A stretch of DNA of 60,907 bases, counting the filler, from Barthelona sp. PAP020 (taxonomy: Eukaryota), in the NCBI GenBank assembly GCA_040182905.1. It is 7 parts of 7 records of this genome, joined end to end, with 100 filler letters (N's around TTAATTAATTAA, not from the genome) between each part and the next. Parts side by side here need not be neighbours in the genome. Positions count along the whole stretch, not along the records: positions 52,385 to 60,907 come from JARQWU010000453.1; 6 more parts are not named here. One strand, written 5' to 3'. A program made the translations under genes and the position numbers. The notes below the pieces were generated by a model that ran no database searches, was not told the origin of the DNA, and saw only the letters and a list, made by a program, of their open reading frames with translations. Shown here piece by piece: positions 53,978 through 60,907 of this stretch (its first letter is position 1; each line of letters starts with the position of its first letter).

Positions 53978-55636
53978 ATGACGAATTTAAACACAATTGA
54001 TGAAATAGAAACAAGTTTAAAAGAAGTGATTTCTTTACCTGACGTTGAAGATTTACAAACAATATCTGAAAAATTGGTAATTGATTCAACAGATATTAAT
54101 AAAGTATCCAAGGATATATTAAAACAATTGCAAATTATTTCTAATCAATTTTTGATTGATACTTTAGATCTGTCTCAATCAAATGAGATCACCAGTACCA
54201 CTTTAAGTAAAAGATCTGAAAAAATTGTGAGTTCAATAATAGAGTCAATTGATAAATTATATCCTTGGATAATGAATGATAAGATTGAAATTCCTGAAAA
54301 GACTGATTTTGTGAAGATTTTGACTTTATTTTTGGACAAAATAGCTTTAACTGTGCATAGACAAACAAAAGTACTCTTAAGTTTCACTCAAAAATGTATT
54401 GAAAATGAGGGATTCACTTTCATTTTGAATTTTTTATCCAGGTTTTTGACGAATGTGCCTGAACAATACAACTCTAGTTGGTGTGATACATCCAGTGAAA
54501 TTTTGTTCCGGCTAAAAAAGTTTGAAAATTTTTTGGTGACTAAAATGAGCGATATTTGTATTTCAGAATATGTGGGTGCAAAGGATGAGTTGATAAGTCA
54601 GTTAGCTTTGCAAGAACAAGATTTTTTAACAAGTAGAATTGACTTAATAAAAAAGAATATCAACATCATGGGCATTGTTGAGCTCAATTTCCTTTTAGAT
54701 GATTTATTTATTGTTTTAAATCGTTCCTTGGAGCGAAGCATACATGCTTGTGATAACTCAATGATTAAGTCTATTATTTCCCTTCAAAATTTGTACATCA
54801 ACAATTTGATACCACTTTTTATCGAAAAGTTTAACGGATTTGATTTTCTCAATAATTCTCTGGAAGTTATCAAGTTCATTAATTCTGTTGATTCAATAAC
54901 TGTTCGTTTGGATGATCTTTTGACTGGAATAAAAAGAATGGTTGAAAAGATGAAGAAAGATCAATTCCTCAATGATATTGAATTTGACAATGAAATTCAA
55001 AAAATTTTCTTTGAAACTTCCCAAAAGTTTGAAAAAAATATTGTGAATTTCATAAAAATTTTATTTACCAAATGTTACAAGCAAAAAATGGTAAATATTC
55101 TTCAATGTCATTTGATAGATTGGCATTCTTTGAGTTCAAATTCTTTTGAACTGTCTCCAATTGAATATTCGATGTTAGATGGTCCTCATCCAGCAATTAT
55201 TGAAATGATTACTGAAATTTTGAACACTTTGAAAAATTTCAAAACATTTTCGAATTTTTGCAAAAACAAATTTTTTAATCTTGTGGTAAAACTTGTTGCA
55301 TTGTATTTTAAGAAAACGATAATGGAAAATTCCTTCAATTTAATTGGAGGTTTGCAGTTAGATAGAGATGTCCAATATATTTGTGCTGTATTTACAGAAG
55401 AAGCTCAATCGTCAATGAAAAAAGAATTAAAAAGTTTAATTCATATTTCCTTATTATTATCAATGGACAGTTTGGAAGATATTGTTTGTTTTTGGAATGA
55501 TGAAAATAGCACGAAAACCAGTGGGATGCAAAATCCAAATGTTAGTTGGAGTTTCACAGTGAATGAAACAAAGGAGATACTGGCATTGAGGACTGATTTT
55601 ACCAAAAAGTTGATTGATAATTTACCTTTAAAATAA
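53978..55636 (+). CDS. COG4: Conserved oligomeric Golgi complex subunit 4-like
   Basis: FNLIGGLQLDRDV...LLSMDSLEDIVCFW...SWSFTVNETKEILALRTDF...IDNLPL matches the COG4 C-terminus. Confidence 0.85.
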   Translation: MTNLNTIDEIETSLKEVISLPDVEDLQTISEKLVIDSTDINKVSKDILKQLQIISNQFLIDTLDLSQSNEITSTTLSKRSEKIVSSIIESIDKLYPWIMNDKIEIPEKTDFVKILTLFLDKIALTVHRQTKVLLSFTQKCIENEGFTFILNFLSRFLTNVPEQYNSSWCDTSSEILFRLKKFENFLVTKMSDICISEYVGAKDELISQLALQEQDFLTSRIDLIKKNINIMGIVELNFLLDDLFIVLNRSLERSIHACDNSMIKSIISLQNLYINNLIPLFIEKFNGFDFLNNSLEVIKFINSVDSITVRLDDLLTGIKRMVEKMKKDQFLNDIEFDNEIQKIFFETSQKFEKNIVNFIKILFTKCYKQKMVNILQCHLIDWHSLSSNSFELSPIEYSMLDGPHPAIIEMITEILNTLKNFKTFSNFCKNKFFNLVVKLVALYFKKTIMENSFNLIGGLQLDRDVQYICAVFTEEAQSSMKKELKSLIHISLLLSMDSLEDIVCFWNDENSTKTSGMQNPNVSWSFTVNETKEILALRTDFTKKLIDNLPLK

Positions 55637-56018
55637 TACCAAATGTCAATCATATTCTGAAAATCATCGGGCTTTTGAAAATTCATTCGTTTAACTTCTA
55701 TTTGTGTACTAAGACTTTCTGATTTAATGGTCTTCAACACAGTTTTGTTCTCTTGTAAACAACAGTTTTTTTTTTATCTGAAATTGTATTTGTTCCTGTT
55801 TTCATTATCTTCACTATGGTTTACCGAATCATTAATGATAAATGACAAGTTTTTCATGATTCTTTCTATTCTCAATCTCATTTGTTAAATCTGTAATTCG
55901 ATTTATAACAACCCTTTCTCAGAATCTATCAATGCTTACAGTTCAAATACTATTCTTGTGAAAACGAAAGATTTCAAACTGTGTTTAAATAACAAAAACT
56001 CATGTATGTCTGTTTATT

Positions 56019-57023
56019 TTATTCAAATTTCACACCCTCAACGCCTAAATGAGGGGTGAAAGATTCGTAGCCTAAACGTTTCAAATCCTCTTGCAACAGC
56101 AACAATACATTCATATCTTCATGAAATGCCACAACAAAACCTCCACCTCCAGCTCCAACTAGCTTTGCAACACAAGAATGTTTTTCCGCAAAATCAACAA
56201 TCTCATCAATTTCTGCGCAAGATACTCCTCCTAGTTTAAGCATTTGTTGAACACTACTAACAGCCTCCCGAAAGTTACAAAATTGAAAGTTGTCTAAAAC
56301 ATTGTCAATTCTGGAATCCAATAATCGACAAGCTTCTTTAAACTCTTTGGAATGAATATCAACATTATTCTTAAATATTTCAACTTGTTTCTTTGTATTT
56401 TTGGGTATACCAGTATCTATTAACAACATGGGGATATTTGGAAGAGTTCGGTGAACAAAATCCCCATTTTGAAAACATATCGTGCCTCCATAACAAGTGA
56501 CTGTGTTATCAACACCAGAAACTTTCCCATGTCCAACAGACTCCATCAAAAATGCACAATCATTAATTAATTCTAGATCATTTAAATCATTACAATTGGA
56601 TATAACGTCAAGAAACTTAAGCAATGCTGCTGCAGTTGAAACGCAAAATGATGCCGAAGATCCCAGACCAGAACCAATCCGCACAGAAGTTTCATAGGAA
56701 AATGTAAAACCATGTGTTATTGGTTTAATATTTGCATCAACGTGTTTGATCAATCCAATAATACATTTGATTCCCAAATATAATGGGTTTTCAGAAGAAA
56801 CCAATGTATCTAAATCATTTAGATGATCAAATGGCACACTCAAAAATGTGGAATCCAAGTTTATCATGATATCTCTTTCATTTCGCTCACAAATACATTT
56901 TGTTGTTAAATCAATCGCAGTAACCAAACATTTTGTACCATAGACAACAAAATGTTCACCAAGAACAATTATTTTCCCTGGTGCAAAAGCAGTACAAGAT
57001 TTCATGAAACCAATTTTTTTCAT
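56019..57023 (-). CDS. MVK: Mevalonate kinase (GHMP family)
   Basis: APGKIIVLGEHFVVYG, GSGLGSSAS, HGKVSGVDN, KLVGAGGGG; the start could be the second ATG at 57005. Confidence 0.92.
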   Translation of the reverse strand: MKKIGFMKSCTAFAPGKIIVLGEHFVVYGTKCLVTAIDLTTKCICERNERDIMINLDSTFLSVPFDHLNDLDTLVSSENPLYLGIKCIIGLIKHVDANIKPITHGFTFSYETSVRIGSGLGSSASFCVSTAAALLKFLDVISNCNDLNDLELINDCAFLMESVGHGKVSGVDNTVTCYGGTICFQNGDFVHRTLPNIPMLLIDTGIPKNTKKQVEIFKNNVDIHSKEFKEACRLLDSRIDNVLDNFQFCNFREAVSSVQQMLKLGGVSCAEIDEIVDFAEKHSCVAKLVGAGGGGFVVAFHEDMNVLLLLQEDLKRLGYESFTPHLGVEGVKFE

Positions 57024-57726
57024 TTATTTTTCTTATTTTGAATGAGTATTGTTGGTTTAGTAAGTTTTGTAATTTTGGTTGTTTTGTGTGACTTGATTGT
57101 TACTTATTTTGTTAGAAGGAATAGAAATCGAAGAGACCATGTTCCAATTGATTCGACAAATAATGTCATCACCTATCAAGCAGGTAATATTGTTTGAATT
57201 TGAAAATGAATTAATATTGGTGCGTTTTTCATTCTTTAAAAGATTTACTTTAAATTTTTTTATTTGATTCCTTATTCTCTAAATGATGAAACAAATGTAA
57301 ATCTCTTTATTTATATTTTGTCATTTCAATGTTTTTTTTTGTTTTGTATTTTTCAATGTTCTGTATATTAGTTTAATCTTTCAATTTAATAATAATATTT
57401 TAATAATTTCAAAAAATATATTGGAAGGGAAAAAGAGTGTTTCAAACCCAGCAATTATGAGAATTTTTGCTATTTTGAAACTCCAATTTCAGCTAATATA
57501 GAAAGAAAATATAACGCTACAGAATAGTTTGATGCATTATCCAGAACTTTCCTGATGCACTGTTGTGTCTTAAAGGACCTTTTCAATCTCCAGCCAAATT
57601 TCATTCATGTGAATCAAAAGAAGACAGTTCCAATTTAATAATAATAAAATTAATTCTGAAACTCTGCAAGAATTGATTATGAAAATAATAAAAATCTTTT
57701 CATTCAATTTTTTTTATTAAATCTCA

Positions 57727-59055
57727 ATGAGTTTTGCATTACAAGCCCAAATTCGTCGTAATGCAGAAGAATTACAGACAACAGTTAAAACTTTACACGA
57801 TTGGGAAAAGTCTATTGACAAAATTGATAATGAATTAAGAGAAGCTCACAAAATTTCTTCAAATAGCAATGAAAAATTTTCTAATTCTGTTATAACTGTT
57901 TCTAATTCAAAAGCTAAAGCAAATTCTATCAGGTTAGAAGGGAATGAATTTTTCAAAAACGGATTCTTCAATGATGCTATTGAAAAATACAATGAATCGA
58001 TTGATATTTATCCCTCAGCTGAAGCTTATTTCAACAGATCTTTTTGTTACATCAAATCTGGTGATAATAAGCAAGCAATATCAGATGGAAAGCAAGCAAT
58101 ATTCTTAAAACCTACATATTTCAAAGCTCATTTAAAATTAGGGGATTGTTATTTGAAAGAAAAAGATTATGAGAACAGTTTGGCACACTATAGAAAGGCA
58201 TTAGGTTTATCTCCTGATAACTTCAAACAAATGATACAAGAAAAGATTGATGGCATCATTCCATTGTTTGATGAACAAGAAGAACAAAAAGAAAAGGAAA
58301 TGAAAAAAAAGAAAAAAGTTAGAATTAATGTTGTTGAAGAACAGGAACAGAAACAACAAAGTGTAAACAATGTTGAAAAAAAGAAAATGAAAATTAATGT
58401 TGTTGAAAAGATTCCAACAGATGAAGTCAACAATAAAATGGAGAAGACAAGTGAAAATGTTAAAAAAATTATTGTTAAGGAAGAAAATTTTGAAAAGGAA
58501 GAGCCAATTAAAGATGTTGTTGAGGAAATTGCTGTTGAAGAAGACAACTTTAAGAAGGAAGAACCAACTAAGGATGTTGTTGAGAAAATTGCTGTTGAAA
58601 AAGATAATGATTTTGAATGTAAAGAAAAGATTGTTCTTTGTGAGAAAGAAAAAAAAGAAGAGGAATTGGTTGACCTTGATGAAGAGGAAGAGATGCCTTC
58701 CAATAGAATTCCCGCTCACTTTTATGAAAATGTTAATTCTTTCAAATTTAGAACAAACTGGAATCAATTGAATGATAATTTGAGAATTGAATATTTGAGC
58801 AAGATTAATCATGAGGAAATTCCCTCGTTATTAAGCAACGGTTTGACATCTGATATTTTATTGTCAATATTAGTGGCAGCTGAACATTTTACACAGGAAC
58901 ATAAATCAGCAATTGTTGAAAGTCTTGCTAAAACTCAAAGAATAAGTCTTATCACAAAGTTTTTAAAAAAATCTGACAAAGAAATTGTTTGTAGAATTAT
59001 TAAAAGTTGTGATTTCCATAATTCTATTGAAATATTCAAGACTTTTAATGTCTAA
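57727..59055 (+). CDS. RPAP3: RPAP3-like R2TP co-chaperone (N-terminal helix, one TPR domain, RPAP3_C)
   Basis: LQAQIRRNAEELQ...WEKSI N-terminus; EGNEFFK...AYFNRS carboxylate-clamp TPR; NSFKFRTNW...YLSKI C-domain. Confidence 0.85.
   Translation: MSFALQAQIRRNAEELQTTVKTLHDWEKSIDKIDNELREAHKISSNSNEKFSNSVITVSNSKAKANSIRLEGNEFFKNGFFNDAIEKYNESIDIYPSAEAYFNRSFCYIKSGDNKQAISDGKQAIFLKPTYFKAHLKLGDCYLKEKDYENSLAHYRKALGLSPDNFKQMIQEKIDGIIPLFDEQEEQKEKEMKKKKKVRINVVEEQEQKQQSVNNVEKKKMKINVVEKIPTDEVNNKMEKTSENVKKIIVKEENFEKEEPIKDVVEEIAVEEDNFKKEEPTKDVVEKIAVEKDNDFECKEKIVLCEKEKKEEELVDLDEEEEMPSNRIPAHFYENVNSFKFRTNWNQLNDNLRIEYLSKINHEEIPSLLSNGLTSDILLSILVAAEHFTQEHKSAIVESLAKTQRISLITKFLKKSDKEIVCRIIKSCDFHNSIEIFKTFNV
58481..58600 (+). 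repeat. 60-bp in-frame tandem duplication inside RPAP3
   Basis: ENFEKEEPIKDVVEEIAVE / DNFKKEEPTKDVVEKIAVE with 60-nt period. Confidence 0.9.
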
Positions 59056-59296
59056 TAGCATTTTTCATCGTTCAATTTTGCAGCTTCTTATAAATTGAAA
59101 AAATAAATTTTTTTTTTTTTTAAACCTTCCCCAAAATGCCAATAATGGTCTCAAAGCAACATACATAATATTTATTATAATAAAGTTTATTATCCTGATA
59201 AAATCATTTGCATTCGAGAAATAGAGAAATGTTCTTTCTTGTGGATGACCTTCTTTAGCAACATAGACTTCAAATATTTTTACCTTCGTATGTATA

Positions 59297-59374
59297 TTAT
59301 TTCCAAGCCAAGAAGCACTGTGCGTATAAGTGAAAAGAAAGAATGGTGTTTATTTGGTCAAAGGCTTTTGAGGC
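59297..59374 (-). repeat. Dispersed repeat family 2, copy 2
   Basis: Reverse complement aligns to 51390-51467 at roughly three-quarters identity by eye. Confidence 0.7.
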
Positions 59375-59858
59375 TGGATTGATCTGTTGAAAAACTTTAG
59401 ATTTTCTAAAGTAAAGTTTAAACTTCAAAATTTTGCTTTTGCATAAATACAAAAAAATTGGAATGAGGAATTTCTCCGAAATTCTCATACTTGATTGTTC
59501 CAATTACATTTCAGTCCCTCAATTCCCCTTCTGGGATTTTGACTAAAATTTGCCAGAATGAGTTTTCTAAATTTACTTTCTTTGTAAATAAATATAGTTG
59601 TTTCACAACTGGACCAAAATTTACTATTGGACTATTCAATTTACTAGAAAGTTGTCTTTCAGAATGGAATTGCTGATTTTTCCTTTTATTCTCTTGTTTT
59701 GTTGGTAGTTGTTTTTTATTAAAAGATAGGTCTATTTTAGCAAATTTAGTTAATCTACAATTAATTAACTAACTTTCATTTCTTTATTTGAAAAGAATTT
59801 TTAATCTAACTGAATCCAAATCTTTTCAATGTAAATCCCTCTTAAATATCCAAGAGAA

Positions 59859-59933
59859 GCGTCTTTAGCTCAGTTGGTAGTTAGCGTTAGACTGAAGATC
59901 TAAAGGTCCCGAGTTCAATCCTCGGAAGACGCA
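59859..59933 (+). tRNA. tRNA-Phe (GAA), intronless, atypical D-arm
   Basis: GCGTCTT/AAGACGC acceptor stem; TTAGA-CTGAAGA-TCTAA anticodon arm; AGGTC variable loop; CCGAG-TTCAATC-CTCGG T-arm; discriminator A; no encoded CCA. Confidence 0.96.
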
Positions 59934-59934
59934 A

Positions 59935-59939
59935 TTTTT
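59935..59939 (+). terminator. Putative RNA polymerase III terminator (T5)
   Basis: TTTTT one base after the tRNA discriminator. Confidence 0.7.
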
Positions 59940-60227
59940 GAAAAGAAAAGTTCAGGACGAGGATCGAGTCTGGAAATTACAGACTTTCAAAACCCCAATT
60001 CACTTTAGACGAAAGGGCAAAATTAAAGGCTTTAATTTATATTTACCAACTGGGGTTGGGGAAATTACTCCATGGTATCTTTGCTGTTTTGGTCAACCGA
60101 TTCATTCACACGACAATAATAACAAATGTTTATAAAGATCTTTATTGTTCTCGGTTAGAGTTTGGGGGTACTTGCAACTGGTTGGTTTTGTGTGGATGAT
60201 TCAGAACACTGTTGAAAAAAAAGAAAT

Positions 60228-60425
60228 GCTTCCAGTTTAGATGGGGCGGGTATTTAAAGAAAAGTGTAATACTTTCCTTTAACCCCCTTTAAATGTCTTC
60301 ACTTATGTTCTCTTTGCAGGACTTTGATATTCCATGTTGACCAAATTTATTTGCTTTATCCTTAATCATATCAGAAATTGCAAAAAACAACCTTAAACAC
60401 ATTTTTATTGTGTTTTTTGTAAAAT
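60228..60425 (-). repeat. Dispersed repeat family 1, copy D (inverted, internally deleted)
   Basis: Reverse complement contains AAATGTGTTTAAGGTT...TTGCAATTTCTGATAT and ACTTTT.TTTA.ATA..CGCCCCATC, collinear with copy A. Confidence 0.75.
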
Positions 60426-60612
60426 TTTGAAGCGCAGCGGGTATTTCATAAAAGAGAGACAGCAAGAAATTTTTGGATGCGTTTGTGAGTCAAGCAAAAA
60501 CCCATAATATGCTAGTCAGTTCCACTATTTCAAATCAATCTGTCTCGTAGTGTGATGCTACAAAGTTTCAGCCTGTGACAAGAACTTTGCGGGAAAAGAG
60601 AAAAGAATGTTT

Positions 60613-60647
60613 TCCGGTGCAGGAAAAACTTTCCTGCCACTTTCGGA
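60613..60647. other. GC-rich hairpin
   Basis: TCCG-GT-GCAGGAAA-aac-TTTCCTGC-c-AC-ttt-CGGA. Confidence 0.75.
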
Positions 60648-60787
60648 CAAGTTGATTTCATCAAATTAAATTTAAATTAAACATGGCAGATCAACAAAAG
60701 TATTGACAAGCACCAATCAGCCAACCTTCTCATCCCTTAATCCTTGTAAAAGCTTTAATAATCATCTTCTGTTTTGCATCATGAATC

Positions 60788-60870
60788 CGTGTTCGCAGCA
60801 AAGCGGACGGATTTCACCCAAAAGACAAAATAAACATGTTCTAGGTTCTATTCTTGCACTTCTGATTGTT
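60788..60870 (+). repeat. Dispersed repeat family 1, copy C
   Basis: CGTGTTCGCAGCAAAGCGGACGGATTTCAC..AAAAGACAA.ATAAA matches copy B. Confidence 0.85.
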
Positions 60871-60907
60871 AAATATGATCCAATACATATACAATGATTT
60901 ATAATAA

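Noticed and set aside
57060..57115. GTAAGT...TTAG candidate 56-nt intron after the ATG at 57042
   Set aside because: Splicing gives a stop within three codons and no recognisable product
1..60907. CRISPR arrays, operons, prophage, rRNA, transposase or reverse transcriptase genes, alternative genetic code
   Set aside because: None seen; TAA, TAG and TGA all terminate conserved genes at expected positions, and gene order across linkers is not biological

Overview
AT-rich eukaryotic DNA, not prokaryotic. The window is seven ~8.5-8.7 kb contigs joined by artificial 100-bp linkers (44 N + TTAATTAATTAA + 44 N). It carries about 24 compact, apparently intron-free genes in the standard genetic code, plus one tRNA-Phe. 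Flagellar/cytoskeletal genes (CFAP92, PACRG-like, NEK1-like, Hook, RPAP3, a MAP65/PRC1-domain giant) and a bacterial-type ThrRS-N/uridine kinase fusion suggest a flagellated, possibly anaerobic, metamonad-like protist (inference only). Three contigs can be rejoined through exact 99-bp overlaps, each flanked by one SNP (43690-52284 -> 1-8707 -> reverse complement of 17559-26187), completing two broken genes. Most notable: a ~1726-aa protein with an apparently new architecture (FERM-F0-like + PH + ANKFN1-type core + BTB/SKP1-like + LRR), a compact REC114-like meiotic gene, a WW-less Prp40, a UBR-box missing one zinc site, a tRNA-Phe with an aberrant D-arm, and a repeat family forming a large degenerate palindrome around a GC-rich hairpin near that tRNA. 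All homology calls come from motif recognition by eye against recalled family sequences; no searches were run. I found no clear multi-gene novel system.
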